Shown one piece after another: positions 22,085 to 33,505 of a stretch of DNA of 64,000 bases (the stretch's first letter is position 1; the number at the start of each line of letters is the position of its first letter). This DNA is from Gammaproteobacteria bacterium. GTDB taxonomy: Bacteria > Pseudomonadota > Gammaproteobacteria > SZUA-140. The stretch covers positions 331 through 64,330 of the forward strand of contig JALSGV010000074.1 in NCBI GenBank assembly GCA_026982565.1. The letters are read 5' to 3'. Both the position numbers and the translations under genes were made by a program. The notes under the pieces were generated by a model that did no database searches, had not been told where the DNA came from, and saw only the letters and a list, made by a program, of their open reading frames with translations.

Positions 22085-23175
22085 GTTGCCGGAACGACTG
22101 GCGTCTCCGACTGGACCTCCAGGTTCTGGGCGCGATGGCGCAGCACGTGGTCCATTAGCACAATGGCCAGCATGGCCTCGGCGATGGGCGTGGCGCGGAT
22201 ACCCACACAAGGGTCATGGCGGCCCTTGGTGACCACCTCACAGGCATTGCCGTGGCGGTCGATGGAAAGGCAAGGCAGCCTCAGGCTGGAAGTCGGTTTC
22301 AGGGCGATGCTGGCGACGATGTCCTGACCGCTGGAAATCCCCCCCAGCACCCCACCCGCATGGTTGCCGAGAAAACCTTCTGGAGTGATCTCGTCTCGAT
22401 GTTCCGTGCCCTTCTGTTCTATACACGCAAAACCCGCCCCGATCTCAACGCCCTTGACGGCATTGATGCTCATCAGGGCATGGGCGATCTCCGCATCCAG
22501 GCGGTCGAAGATGGGTTCGCCCAAGCCCGGAAACAGGCCGCTGGCCACCACGTTGATGCGCGCGCCGATGGAATCCCCTTCCTTGCGCAGGGCATCCATG
22601 TAGGCCTCCAGCTCGGCCACCTTGTCCTTGTCGGGACAGAAAAAGGGGTTGTTCTCCACCTCGGCCCAATCGAAGGCCTCCGCCTTGATGGGCCCCAGTT
22701 GCGCCAGATAGCCGCGCACGGTGATGCCATAGCGGGTCAGGAGGTATTTCTTGGCGATGGCGCCGGCCGCCACGCGCATGGCGGTCTCACGGGCCGAGGA
22801 GCGCCCGCCGCCACGGTAGTCGCGGAAACCATATTTCTGCTGATAGGTATAGTCGGCGTGACCCGGCCGGAAGGTGTCCTTGATATCCGAGTAATCCTTG
22901 GAGCGCTGATCGACATTCTCGATGAGCAGACCGATGGGCGTCCCGGTGGTCTGCCCTTCGAATACGCCGGAGAGGATTTGCACTTCATCGGTCTCGCGGC
23001 GCTGCGTGGTATGCCGTGACTGCCCCGGTTTGCGGCGGTCGAGGTCACGCTGCAGATCGGCAGTAGACAATGCCAGGCCGGGTGGGCAACCATCCACGAT
23101 ACACCCGAGCGCAGGCCCATGACTCTCGCCAAAGGTCGTAACGGTGAAAAGCTTGCCGATGCTGTTGCCTGACAT
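22075..23175 (-). CDS. aroC: Chorismate synthase
   Basis: MSGNSIG...[29 protein letters not shown]. Confidence 0.98.
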   Translation of the reverse strand: MSGNSIGKLFTVTTFGESHGPALGCIVDGCPPGLALSTADLQRDLDRRKPGQSRHTTQRRETDEVQILSGVFEGQTTGTPIGLLIENVDQRSKDYSDIKDTFRPGHADYTYQQKYGFRDYRGGGRSSARETAMRVAAGAIAKKYLLTRYGITVRGYLAQLGPIKAEAFDWAEVENNPFFCPDKDKVAELEAYMDALRKEGDSIGARINVVASGLFPGLGEPIFDRLDAEIAHALMSINAVKGVEIGAGFACIEQKGTEHRDEITPEGFLGNHAGGVLGGISSGQDIVASIALKPTSSLRLPCLSIDRHGNACEVVTKGRHDPCVGIRATPIAEAMLAIVLMDHVLRHRAQNLEVQSETPVVPATKE

Positions 23176-23184
23176 GGGGATATT

Positions 23185-23248
23185 GTAAGGGGAAAGGGAC
23201 AAGATACAAGGGACAAGACCCCACCCCTTGTATCTTGTATCTTGCCCT
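23185..23248. repeat. Heptamer tandem/inverted repeat between hemN and aroC
   Basis: GTAAGGG GAAAGGG ACAAGAT ACAAGGG ACAAGAC ... CCCTTGT ATCTTGT ATCTTGC; 14-bp perfect stem 23199-23212 / 23225-23238. Confidence 0.8.
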
Positions 23249-23252
23249 GAGT

Positions 23253-24641
23253 CTAAATCACCTTCGAAAAGCGCTGCTCCGACTTCTCCCGCAAATAGCG
23301 GTCGAAAACCATGCAGATATTGCGGATCAGCAGGCGGCCGGCGGGATTGACCCGGATCGAAGCGGCGTCCAGTTGCAGCAGGCCGTCAGCCTGCATGGCG
23401 CCCAGTTCCTCGAGCTCAGAGGCGAAATAGGCGCCGAAGTCGATGCCGTAACGTTTTTCGACGGTTGCGAAGTTCAGTTCGAACTGGCAGATCAGTTGGG
23501 TTATGACCTCACAGCGCAGCAGATCGTCGTCGTTGAGCTGGATACCGCGGTAGACCGGCAGTTTACCCTGGTCCAGCAGGCGCTGATAATCCTCGAGCTG
23601 CTTGACGTTCTGGCTGTAACTGTTGCCCACCATGCTGATGGATGTCACGCCAAGGCCGATGAGATCGCAGTCAGCGTGGGTGGAATAGCCCTGGAAGTTG
23701 CGATACAGGCTGCCCTCGCGCTGGGCCACCGCCAGTTCGTCTTCAGGGCGTGCGAAATGATCCATGCCGATATACACATAGCCGGCATTGTTCAGTTTCT
23801 CGATGGTCATCTGCAGGATGTCCAGCTTTTCCGCCGCCGAGGGCAGATCGGCCTCGTTGATGCGGCGCTGCGGCTTGAACAACTCCGGCAGGTGGGCATA
23901 GTTGAACACGGACAGACGGTCGGGCCCCGCCGCGATCACCTTGTCCACGGTGCGGGAAAAACTCCCCATTCCCTGAAACGGCAAGCCGTAAATCAGATCG
24001 ACACTGACCGACTTGAAGCCCTCCTCGCGCGCCTGTTCCAGCACCGAGAAGGTCTGCTCCTCGGACTGGATGCGATTGACGGCCTTCTGCACCCGCTCGT
24101 CGAAATCCTGCACGCCCATGCTCATGCGGTTGAAACCCAGTTCGCGCAAGAAACGAATGGTGTCGGATTGCACCTCGCGGGGATCGATCTCGATCGAGTA
24201 TTCGCCCGTGTCGTCGTCATGGAGCCTGAAATGGGCGCGGGTCTGCGCCATCAGGTCCGCCATCTGCTGGTGGTCGATAAAAGTGGGCGTTCCACCGCCC
24301 CAGTGCAGTTGATCCACCACCCGGCTGCCGTCGAACAGCGCCCCCTGCAGGGCGATCTCGCGATGGACATTCTCCAGATAGGGAACGGCATGGGCGCGAT
24401 TCTTGGTGGCGATCTTGTTGCAGGCGCAGTAAAAGCACAGGGTGTCGCAGAAAGGAATATGGAAATACAGGGATATGGGGCGCAAGGGCGTCTCCCGGTT
24501 GGTGGCCTCCACGCAGGCGCGGTACTCTTTCTCGCCAAACCCTTGGTGAAACTGCACCGCGGTGGGATAGGAAGTATAACGGGGTCCGCTCTTGTCGTAG
24601 CGCCGGATAAGGTCGATATCGAATACCAGGGATTGGTCCAT
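23253..24641 (-). CDS. hemN: Oxygen-independent coproporphyrinogen III oxidase
   Basis: [24 protein letters not shown] radical SAM motif, [16 protein letters not shown]. Confidence 0.97.
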   Translation of the reverse strand: MDQSLVFDIDLIRRYDKSGPRYTSYPTAVQFHQGFGEKEYRACVEATNRETPLRPISLYFHIPFCDTLCFYCACNKIATKNRAHAVPYLENVHREIALQGALFDGSRVVDQLHWGGGTPTFIDHQQMADLMAQTRAHFRLHDDDTGEYSIEIDPREVQSDTIRFLRELGFNRMSMGVQDFDERVQKAVNRIQSEEQTFSVLEQAREEGFKSVSVDLIYGLPFQGMGSFSRTVDKVIAAGPDRLSVFNYAHLPELFKPQRRINEADLPSAAEKLDILQMTIEKLNNAGYVYIGMDHFARPEDELAVAQREGSLYRNFQGYSTHADCDLIGLGVTSISMVGNSYSQNVKQLEDYQRLLDQGKLPVYRGIQLNDDDLLRCEVITQLICQFELNFATVEKRYGIDFGAYFASELEELGAMQADGLLQLDAASIRVNPAGRLLIRNICMVFDRYLREKSEQRFSKVI

Positions 24642-24652
24642 TGTGTATTTCC

Positions 24653-24666
24653 TTGATTTCTATCAG
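24653..24666. promoter_or_regulatory. FNR-like box at the hemN 5' end
   Basis: TTGAT-TTCT-ATCAG (9/10 match to TTGAT-N4-ATCAA); minus-strand TATAAT at 24670-24675. Confidence 0.5.
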
Positions 24667-24710
24667 CCCATTATAGAGGTTTTTTTACAGCGCGGCGAAC
24701 GGCCCGGCCT

Positions 24711-25676
24711 TCATGGCTTATTGGCGCCCAATTCGAGCAGTTGCCCGTGGGTCAGAAGAAAAACCCCGCTGCCGCCATGCGCGAACTCCAGCCACATGAA
24801 GGGCACATTGGGAAAACGCCGCTCGAGGGCCGCCTGGCTGTTTCCGACTTCAACAATCAGGATACCGTCCTCGCTCAGATAGTCTGCCGCCCGCGCCATG
24901 ATTTCTATGGCGAACTCCAGCCCCTCTTCTTCCGCCACCAGCCCAGTGACAGGTTCGTGGCGGTATTCATCGGGCAGCACGGCCATCTCTTCCTGGGGCA
25001 CATAGGGTGGATTGCTGACGATGATATCGTAGGAACGCCGTGGCAGGCCGGCAAACAAGTCCGACTCCAAGGGATGGACGCGTCGACCCAGGCCATGGCG
25101 CTCGACGTTGATGCGCGCGACGGCCAGGGCGTCAGGTGAAATATCCGCGGCATCCACCTCGGCCTGGGGAAAGGCGTGGGCACACGCGATGGCGATGCAG
25201 CCACTGCCGGTGCCCATATCCAGGATACGGTGGACGGCCTGCCCCGGTCTGATCCACGGGCTGAACCCGCCAGCGATCAATTCGGCGATGGGTGAGCGCG
25301 GCACCAGCACGCGTTCATCGACATGGAATTCGAGGCCGCAGAACCAGGCTGTACGGGTAATATAGGCGGCGGGAATGCGCTCCCGAATACGACGCGAGAC
25401 CATTTCATGCACAGTCTGGCGCGCCGTCTCATCCAGGCGCCGCTGCAAGGCCCCTTCCAGGTCATCATATGAGAGATGCAGCGCATGGCTTACCAGGCAG
25501 GCCGCCTCATCCAGGGCATTGTCCGTCCCGTGCCCAAAAAAAACGCCTGATTGCTCCAGTTGCCGCGCCGCCCACCGGATCGCGTCATCTACCGTGCTGA
25601 ACTTGTCCAGCTCCCCCGCCACAGAATCTCCACCTTCGACTGCCGAATCAATGCCGCAGTTTACACCTTCCGACAT
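24711..25676 (-). CDS. prmB: 50S ribosomal protein L3 glutamine methyltransferase
   Basis: [47 protein letters not shown]. Confidence 0.96.
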   Translation of the reverse strand: MSEGVNCGIDSAVEGGDSVAGELDKFSTVDDAIRWAARQLEQSGVFFGHGTDNALDEAACLVSHALHLSYDDLEGALQRRLDETARQTVHEMVSRRIRERIPAAYITRTAWFCGLEFHVDERVLVPRSPIAELIAGGFSPWIRPGQAVHRILDMGTGSGCIAIACAHAFPQAEVDAADISPDALAVARINVERHGLGRRVHPLESDLFAGLPRRSYDIIVSNPPYVPQEEMAVLPDEYRHEPVTGLVAEEEGLEFAIEIMARAADYLSEDGILIVEVGNSQAALERRFPNVPFMWLEFAHGGSGVFLLTHGQLLELGANKP

Positions 25677-25751
25677 CCCCTTTCCTATGTTTATGGATTC
25701 CTGCTATTCTTCGCCAATGTTTTGAAACCGGCGCGATCCCAGATTCGAGTT

Positions 25752-27416
25752 ATGGCCCAATATATCTACTCCATGAACGGCGTGGGAAAAATCGTCCCAC
25801 CGAAACGCACCATCCTCAAGGACATTTATCTCTCTTTCTTCCACGGCGCCAAGATCGGCGTGCTGGGGCTGAACGGCGCGGGCAAATCCACTTTGCTGCG
25901 CATCATGGCCGGGCTGGACACGGAAATCGAAGGCGAGGCGCGGGCGCAGGCGGGCATCCGCATCGGCTACCTGCCCCAGGAACCCCAGCTCGATCCGGCC
26001 AAGGACGTGCGCGGCAACGTGGAAGAAGGACTGTCGGAGATCACCGAGGCGCAGCGCAAGCTGGAAGCGGTCTATGCCGCCTATGCGGAACCCGACGCCG
26101 ACTTCGACGCCCTGGCGGCGGAACAGGCGCGCCTGGAAAACATTCTCCAGGCCGCCGATGGTCACAACCTGGAACACAAGCTGGAGGTGGCGGCCGACGC
26201 CCTGCGCCTGCCGCCCTGGGATGCCGATGTCACCAAGCTGTCAGGCGGTGAGCGCCGCCGCGTGGCCTTGTGCAAGCTGCTGCTGTCCAGCCCCGACATG
26301 CTGCTGCTGGACGAACCCACCAACCACCTGGATGCCGAGTCCGTCGCCTGGCTGGAACGTTTCCTCCATGAATTTCCGGGCACGGTCGTGGCCATCACCC
26401 ACGATCGTTATTTCCTCGACAACGTCGCCGGATGGATCCTGGAACTGGACCGCGGGCAGGGCATCCCCTGGGAAGGCAACTACTCTTCCTGGCTGGAACA
26501 GAAGGAAAAACGCCTGGAGATCGAGGAACGCCAGGAGAGCGCCCGCCAGCGCGCCATCAAGGCGGAACTGGAATGGGTGCGCAGCAACCCCAAGGGGCGG
26601 CACAGCAAGAGCAAGGCCCGACTGGCGCGCTTCGAGGAACTCAACAATCAGGAATTCCAGAGGCGTAACGAGACGCGCGAAATTTATATTCCACCCGGCC
26701 CCCGCCTGGGCGATCAGGTCGTCGAGGCCAAAGGCCTGCGCAAGGGCTTCGGCGACCGCCTGCTCATCGACAATCTCGATTTCAGCCTGCCTCCCGGCGC
26801 CATCGTCGGCATCATCGGCCCCAACGGGGCGGGCAAGACCACCCTGTTCCGCATGATCACGGGCCAGGAGCAACCCGACAGCGGAGAGATCCGCATCGGT
26901 GAAACGGTGCAGATCGCCTACGTCGATCAGAGCCGTGATTCACTGGATGACAACAAGACGGTCTGGGAAGAGATCTCGGATGGCCAGGACATCATCACCG
27001 TCGGCAAATACGAGACACCTTCGCGCGCCTATTGCGGCCGCTTCAATTTCAAGGGCAACGACCAGCAAAAGCGCATTGGCGACCTGTCGGGCGGCGAACG
27101 CAACCGCGTCCACCTGGCCAAACTGCTGCGCAGCGGCGGCAACGTCCTGCTCCTCGACGAACCCACCAACGATCTCGACGTGGAAACCCTGCGCGCCCTG
27201 GAAGAGGCGCTGCTGGCCTTCCCGGGCTGCGCCGTGGTCATCTCCCACGACCGCTGGTTCCTGGACCGCATCGCCACCCACATCCTTGCCTTCGAGGGCG
27301 ACAGCCATGTGGAATGGTTCACTGGCAACTATGCCGACTACGAAGCGGACCTGCACCGCCGCCTGGGCATCGACGCCGACCAGCCGAAGCGCATCAAGTA
27401 CAAGAAGCTGGGGTGA
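25752..27416 (+). CDS. ettA: Energy-dependent translational throttle ABC-F protein
   Basis: [19 protein letters not shown], two ABC cassettes, [12 protein letters not shown] linker; 554 aa. Confidence 0.97.
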   Translation: MAQYIYSMNGVGKIVPPKRTILKDIYLSFFHGAKIGVLGLNGAGKSTLLRIMAGLDTEIEGEARAQAGIRIGYLPQEPQLDPAKDVRGNVEEGLSEITEAQRKLEAVYAAYAEPDADFDALAAEQARLENILQAADGHNLEHKLEVAADALRLPPWDADVTKLSGGERRRVALCKLLLSSPDMLLLDEPTNHLDAESVAWLERFLHEFPGTVVAITHDRYFLDNVAGWILELDRGQGIPWEGNYSSWLEQKEKRLEIEERQESARQRAIKAELEWVRSNPKGRHSKSKARLARFEELNNQEFQRRNETREIYIPPGPRLGDQVVEAKGLRKGFGDRLLIDNLDFSLPPGAIVGIIGPNGAGKTTLFRMITGQEQPDSGEIRIGETVQIAYVDQSRDSLDDNKTVWEEISDGQDIITVGKYETPSRAYCGRFNFKGNDQQKRIGDLSGGERNRVHLAKLLRSGGNVLLLDEPTNDLDVETLRALEEALLAFPGCAVVISHDRWFLDRIATHILAFEGDSHVEWFTGNYADYEADLHRRLGIDADQPKRIKYKKLG

Positions 27417-27849
27417 GTTCGATGGCGAACAACAGGGCGTCCTCCCGTCCCTCGGCCGCCGGATAATACGCCGGTCGCACGCCTACTTCGTTGAAACCGA
27501 AGCGCCGGTAGAGGCTGATCGCGCCGCTGTTTGAAACCCGCACCTCCAGCAGCATGCACTTCGCCCCTCGTTGGCGCGCCTGCTTCATCAGGAAACGCAG
27601 GATGGCGGTGCCGTGGCCCAGCCGGCGGCGCCCGGGATTCACGCACAGGTTCAGCACATGACATTCACCCGCGGCCACCGAAATCACGCCATAGCCGACG
27701 ATGTCCCGCCCGGCCTCAGCCACATAACAGAGATGGCCGGCGCGCAGGCAGTCCCTGAAAATGCCTTCACTCCACGGGAAGGGGTAAGCGGAACGCTCGA
27801 TGGCAAGCACGGCCGGGAGGTCCTCCGGCACCATACGACGCATGTACAT
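27394..27849 (-). CDS. rimI: Ribosomal protein S18 alanine acetyltransferase
   Basis: [30 protein letters not shown]...EDA. Confidence 0.93.
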   Translation of the reverse strand: MYMRRMVPEDLPAVLAIERSAYPFPWSEGIFRDCLRAGHLCYVAEAGRDIVGYGVISVAAGECHVLNLCVNPGRRRLGHGTAILRFLMKQARQRGAKCMLLEVRVSNSGAISLYRRFGFNEVGVRPAYYPAAEGREDALLFAIELTPASCT

Positions 27850-27865
27850 GACAGGCCTTTGCCCC

Positions 27866-28537
27866 TTACTCAGACAACAACCGCCTCACCCGCTTGAGAT
27901 CCTCCCAGGCCTTGCGCTTTTCCTTGGGCGAGCGCAGCAGATAAGCCGGATGATAGGTCACCACCACGGGAATTTCCCCGTCGCCATAGTGGTAACGCTG
28001 CCCGCGCATGGCGCCGATGCGCTCCTCGCGCTTGAGAAGATTCTGGGCGGCAATCCTGCCCACGGCCAGGATCACCTGTGGCCGCAACAGCTCGATCTGG
28101 CGTTTCAGCCAGGGCTCGCAACTGACCACTTCCTCCGGTCGCGGATCGCGGTTGTTGGGCGGACGGCATTTGAGGATGTTGGCGATGTACACGGTTTCCC
28201 GCTGCAGGCCGATGGCGCGCAGCATCTCGTTGAGCAGCTTGCCGGCCCGTCCCACGAAGGGCTCGCCCTGGCGGTCCTCGTCGGCGCCCGGGGCCTCGCC
28301 AATGATCAACAGGCGCGCCTCGTGGCTTCCGACGCCGAAGACAGTCTGCGTGCGGGTCTTGTGCAGTTCGCAGCGCGTGCAGGCGGCGACCTGGGCCTCC
28401 AGGGCGCGCCATTCAGCAGCAACATCAAAGGCGACAGCATCATCCACGGCCGCCTCGGGAACAGCCGCGTCACGGGATATCCACACGGGTATCCCCATGG
28501 CATCCAGATAGTGTCTCTGTCGCTCAGTGACGCCCAT
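27866..28537 (-). CDS. Family-4 [4Fe-4S] uracil-DNA glycosylase with a psi(HolD)-like N-terminal peptide
   Basis: CTRC, GEAPG (motif A), [22 protein letters not shown] (motif B). Confidence 0.92.
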   Translation of the reverse strand: MGVTERQRHYLDAMGIPVWISRDAAVPEAAVDDAVAFDVAAEWRALEAQVAACTRCELHKTRTQTVFGVGSHEARLLIIGEAPGADEDRQGEPFVGRAGKLLNEMLRAIGLQRETVYIANILKCRPPNNRDPRPEEVVSCEPWLKRQIELLRPQVILAVGRIAAQNLLKREERIGAMRGQRYHYGDGEIPVVVTYHPAYLLRSPKEKRKAWEDLKRVRRLLSE

Positions 28538-28550
28538 CAGCCCCCCGGCA

Positions 28551-30092
28551 TCACACCTGGGGATGGGCGCGGCTGCCCGGCTCGATGATCTTGTTCAGGG
28601 CGTTGATATAGGCCTTGGCCGAGGCAATGACGATATCGGTGTCCGCGCCCTGGCCGTTGACGATGCGCCCCCCCTTCTCCAGGCGTACCGTCACCTCGCC
28701 CTGGGAATCCGTCCCGCTGGTGATGGCATTGACTGAGTAAAGCTGCAGCTCGGCCTCGCTCTTCACGATGGAATCGATGGCGCGGAAAGTGGCGTCAACG
28801 GGACCACTGCCTGATGCCGTCACCCGGGTCTCCTGGCCGCCGAACCACAGGGTCACCCCGGCCTGGGGTTTCTCACCGGTCTCAGAACATACTTTGAGGG
28901 CCACCAACTTGATGAATTCGTTCTCGGCCGCCAGGTTGGCGTCCGTGACCAGGGCCTGCAGGTCTTCATCGTAAATCTCGTGTTTCTTGTCGGCCAGGTC
29001 CTTGAAGCGCGCGAAGGCCTCGTTCAGTTCCTCCTCGGAGGCGAACTCGATATCCAGTTCCTTGAGGCGGGTGCGGAAGGCATTGCGCCCGGAATGCTTG
29101 CCCAGCACCATGCGATTGGCGTTCCAGCCCACGTCCTCGGCGCGCATGATTTCATAGGTCTCGCGATTCTTCAAAACGCCGTCCTGGTGAATACCCGATT
29201 CATGGGCAAAGGCGTTGGCGCCCACGATGGCCTTGTTGGGCTGTACCGCGAAGCCGGTGATGCCCGCCACCAGGCGGCTGGTGGGCACGATCTGTGTGGC
29301 ATCGATATTGGTCTCGCAGGGAAAGACATCCTGGCGCGTGCGCACCGCCATCACCGTCTCTTCCAGGGCGGCGTTCCCGGCCCGCTCGCCCAGGCCGTTG
29401 ATGGTGCATTCCACCTGGCGGGCGCCGTTCATGACCGCTGCGAGGGAGTTGGCGACGGCCAGCCCCAGGTCGTTGTGGCAATGAACGGAAAAGACGGCGC
29501 GGTCTGAATTGGGCACACGTTCAATGAGGTTGCGGATCAAATCGCCGAACTGCTGGGGAATATTGTAGCCCACGGTATCGGGAATATTGATGGTCCCGGC
29601 GCCGGCGTCGATGACGGCCTCGATGACCCGGCACAGGAAATCCGTATCGGAGCGCCCCGCATCTTCCGGCGAAAACTCCACGTTATCCGTATAGCGGCGG
29701 GCATGCCTGACGGCCTGTACGGCCTGCTCCAAAACCTGGTCCGGACTCAGACGCAGCTTCATCTGCATATGTATGGGGGAAGTGGCGATAAAGGTGTGGA
29801 TACGCGACGAGGCGGCCTCCTTCAAGGCCTCGCCGGCGCGGTCGATGTCCTTCTCGAGGGCGCGCGCCAAACCACACACCGTACTCTCGCGCACCGCCCT
29901 GGCGACGGCCTGCACGGCTTCGAAATCGCCGGGACTGGCGATGGGAAAACCGGCCTCGATCACATCCACCCGCATGCGCTCCAGCGCCTTGGCGATACGC
30001 ACCTTTTCGTCACGGGTCATGGAGGCGCCGGGGCTCTGCTCCCCGTCCCGAAGGGTCGTATCGAATATAATGAGTTTTTCTTTGCTATTCAT
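28551..30092 (-). CDS. leuA: 2-isopropylmalate synthase
   Basis: [35 protein letters not shown] and C-terminal regulatory domain. Confidence 0.98.
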   Translation of the reverse strand: MNSKEKLIIFDTTLRDGEQSPGASMTRDEKVRIAKALERMRVDVIEAGFPIASPGDFEAVQAVARAVRESTVCGLARALEKDIDRAGEALKEAASSRIHTFIATSPIHMQMKLRLSPDQVLEQAVQAVRHARRYTDNVEFSPEDAGRSDTDFLCRVIEAVIDAGAGTINIPDTVGYNIPQQFGDLIRNLIERVPNSDRAVFSVHCHNDLGLAVANSLAAVMNGARQVECTINGLGERAGNAALEETVMAVRTRQDVFPCETNIDATQIVPTSRLVAGITGFAVQPNKAIVGANAFAHESGIHQDGVLKNRETYEIMRAEDVGWNANRMVLGKHSGRNAFRTRLKELDIEFASEEELNEAFARFKDLADKKHEIYDEDLQALVTDANLAAENEFIKLVALKVCSETGEKPQAGVTLWFGGQETRVTASGSGPVDATFRAIDSIVKSEAELQLYSVNAITSGTDSQGEVTVRLEKGGRIVNGQGADTDIVIASAKAYINALNKIIEPGSRAHPQV

Positions 30093-30218
30093 AACCTAGC
30101 TCCAAACAGTCTACAGTGTAACCCACTCGCGGGATTACAAAAAATCTTCATCACTCCGCGGGGCGGAGGCATCACAGTGGTCATCGGGGATTGAGGTGGT
30201 ACGGTAGAATGGGCTGCC

Positions 30219-30332
30219 TTACGGCAGCAGCAGACGCAGGCAGGTGAAACCGGCGCAGCGGGGTACGGGAGCCCCGCCTTTCACACGGAAAGGGCGCATG
30301 TTCTGTGAGTTTATGGAGTGCTTCTCATACAT
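30219..30332 (-). CDS. Putative leuA leader peptide (37 aa, ends CLRLLLP)
   Basis: Manual translation MYEKHSINSQNMRPFRVKGGAPVPRCAGFTCLRLLLP*; four CTG codons near the stop, 126 nt upstream of leuA. Confidence 0.7.
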   Translation of the reverse strand: MYEKHSINSQNMRPFRVKGGAPVPRCAGFTCLRLLLP

Positions 30333-30338
30333 GGCTCA

Positions 30339-30367
30339 AATATAACCCAGCAGTCAGGGAAAGCCAA
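30339..30367 (-). promoter_or_regulatory. sigma70 promoter for the leuA leader
   Basis: TTGGCT-N17-TATATT, followed by 6 nt and then the leader ATG. Confidence 0.6.
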
Positions 30368-30375
30368 GCAACGGC

Positions 30376-31161
30376 TCAGTCTTTATCTTCTTCGGCTGAA
30401 TCCCCATCCTCCCTGAGCCCCGCCCTTCTCATGGCGCGCTTCTTACGCACCTGCAGCAGCGTCATGATCAAGCCTGAAAAGGCATAGGTCACGGCCATGG
30501 CGAACAGGACGATGGGGGGGTCGATGGACACGAAGACGAAGATCAGCACCAGCAGCAGGATGGCGACAAAGGGAACCTTGCCCCTGAGGTCGATATCCTT
30601 GAAGCTGTAGTAGCGCACGTTGCTCACCATCAGGAGCCCGGCTCCCAGGGTGAGAATGAAGGTCAGGTAGCTGATATCCTCGCCCTTGATGTCGTAGTCG
30701 CTGCTCAGCCACACCAGGCCGGCGATGAGGGCCGCCGCTGGCGGCGAAGGCAAACCCTGGAAATAGGCCTTGTCGCCGGTCTCCGACTGGGTGTTGAAGC
30801 GCGCCAGGCGCAGCGCCGCGGCGGCGGTGTAGATGAAGGCCGCCAGCCAGCCGAGCTTGCCGAGGGAGGAGAGCGACCACACATAGACCACCAGGGCCGG
30901 CGCCAGGCCGAAGGCCACCATGTCGGAGAGGCTGTCGTACTCGACGCCGAAATCGCTCTGGGTGTTGGTGAGGCGCGCGACGCGCCCGTCCACCCCGTCC
31001 ATGAACTGGGCCACGAAGATGGCGATGCCCGCGGCCTCGAAGCGCCCACCGATGGCCGCCACGATGGCGTAGAAGCCGGCGAACAACGCCGCCGTGGTAA
31101 ACAGGTTGGGCAGCAGGTAGATGCCCCTGCGGCGCTTTGGCGCCTTGATTTCTTCTGTCAC
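30376..31161 (-). CDS. pssA: CDP-diacylglycerol--serine O-phosphatidyltransferase (type II)
   Basis: GIYLLPNLFT, DGVDGRVAR...FGVEYDSLSD, LRLARFN, FQGLPSP. Confidence 0.94.
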   Translation of the reverse strand: MTEEIKAPKRRRGIYLLPNLFTTAALFAGFYAIVAAIGGRFEAAGIAIFVAQFMDGVDGRVARLTNTQSDFGVEYDSLSDMVAFGLAPALVVYVWSLSSLGKLGWLAAFIYTAAAALRLARFNTQSETGDKAYFQGLPSPPAAALIAGLVWLSSDYDIKGEDISYLTFILTLGAGLLMVSNVRYYSFKDIDLRGKVPFVAILLLVLIFVFVSIDPPIVLFAMAVTYAFSGLIMTLLQVRKKRAMRRAGLREDGDSAEEDKD

Positions 31162-31826
31162 CCCGCTTGACCCTCTTCCCCGGTTGTACGTGTGAATGAG
31201 GCGATTATATCCGAACCGGCGCGGACCTTGTCACCTTCCTGGACTTCGATACGGGCATCGACGGGCACATAGACATCGATGACGCCCCCCAGGGCGATGA
31301 TTCCGCAACGTTGCCCCTGGCCAATACGCTGCCCGACATGAATATAACATTGAGGCCGGAAGGACCATGGCTTGAGGTGAATCACCATGACGGCGTCGTC
31401 CCCCTCGTCGGTCTGCACCCAGATGGCATAGCGCTCGGCAGCCCCTCTGGAAGCTGGCTCACATTCCAGTTCCTCCTCGTCGGGCAGAAAGATTTTCATT
31501 ACCTTGCCCTCCGTGGGAATGCGCAGGGTATAGCTGCCCATGGGGTCCATGCGCAATGAAATACACACGGCGGGCCGGTCGAGATGGCGGTCGCGCTCCT
31601 CGGCGATACGGGTCACCACCCCATCGGCGGGACTGACCAGTCCCAATGGCGAGGGGGGAATGTTCCGCTCAGGATCACGATACAGATAAGCCACCACCCC
31701 GGCCAGCAACCAAGCCGGCATGGACCAGGCCACCCCCGCCATGAAGTGCAGCATCAGCGCCGCCACGACGCACGCCAGTATCAGAGGCCAGCCCTGGCGA
31801 GCGATAAAGGGGTATTCCGAGGTCAC
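31158..31826 (-). CDS. Phosphatidylserine decarboxylase homolog, catalytic residues absent
   Basis: RDPER, SPADG and GQRCG...VDVYVP-like scaffold; LGGVID at the site where FGSRVD is expected. Confidence 0.8.
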   Translation of the reverse strand: MTSEYPFIARQGWPLILACVVAALMLHFMAGVAWSMPAWLLAGVVAYLYRDPERNIPPSPLGLVSPADGVVTRIAEERDRHLDRPAVCISLRMDPMGSYTLRIPTEGKVMKIFLPDEEELECEPASRGAAERYAIWVQTDEGDDAVMVIHLKPWSFRPQCYIHVGQRIGQGQRCGIIALGGVIDVYVPVDARIEVQEGDKVRAGSDIIASFTRTTGEEGQAG

Positions 31827-31898
31827 GGGTGGGACACTGTCCTTGCGTCCATCATTTCATCTGAACCAACCCCATCCATGGCCTGTCCCGCCCGGACC

Positions 31899-32927
<1,029 letters not shown>

Positions 32928-33011
32928 TTAATGATAACGATAAACCAATTGTTTCACGGATACTGCGGAGCGGGCGAGCTTGTTACAAGGCAGGCCCCGG
33001 CCGGCGAGGCC

Positions 33012-33503
33012 TCACACCTGCAGGCTCTTCTCCCCGCGGGCGATGCCCGTCACGCCCGAGCGCACCGTTTCGATGATGAGTTCCTTGTCCAGGGCCTCGA
33101 TGAAGGCATCCAGCTTTTCACTGGCGCCGGTGATCTCGATGGTAAAGGACTGCTCCGTGACATCGATGATGCTGCCGCGGAAGATATCCGTCAGGCGCAT
33201 CACTTCCTCGCGGCCGCTGTTCATGGCGCGCACCTTGATGAGCAGCATCTCACGCTCGATATGGGTGCCTTCCGTCAGGTCCTGCAGCTTGATCACGTCG
33301 ATGAGCTTGTTGAGCTGCTTGGTGATCTGCTCGATGATCTCCTCGGATCCCCGCGTCACCAGGGTCATGCGCGACATGGAGGCATCCTCCGTCGGCGCCA
33401 CCGTCAGTGACTCGATATTGTAGCCGCGCGCGCTGAACAGGCCCGCCACCCGCGACAGGGCCCCGGCCTCGTTTTCCATCAATATGGATATGATATGCCT
33501 CAT
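33012..33503 (-). CDS. ilvH: Acetolactate synthase small subunit
   Basis: MRHIISILMENEAGALSRVAGLFSARGYNIESL. Confidence 0.96.
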   Translation of the reverse strand: MRHIISILMENEAGALSRVAGLFSARGYNIESLTVAPTEDASMSRMTLVTRGSEEIIEQITKQLNKLIDVIKLQDLTEGTHIEREMLLIKVRAMNSGREEVMRLTDIFRGSIIDVTEQSFTIEITGASEKLDAFIEALDKELIIETVRSGVTGIARGEKSLQV

Positions 33504-33505
33504 GG

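Noticed and set aside
22024-23248. Repeats considered as CRISPR or as transposon ends around aroC
   Set aside because: There is no repeat-spacer pattern, the two hairpins have different unit sequences, and no cas or transposase gene is present.
27394-27416. Convergent overlap of ettA and rimI 3' ends
   Set aside because: Short tail-to-tail overlaps are common; both proteins are of normal length.
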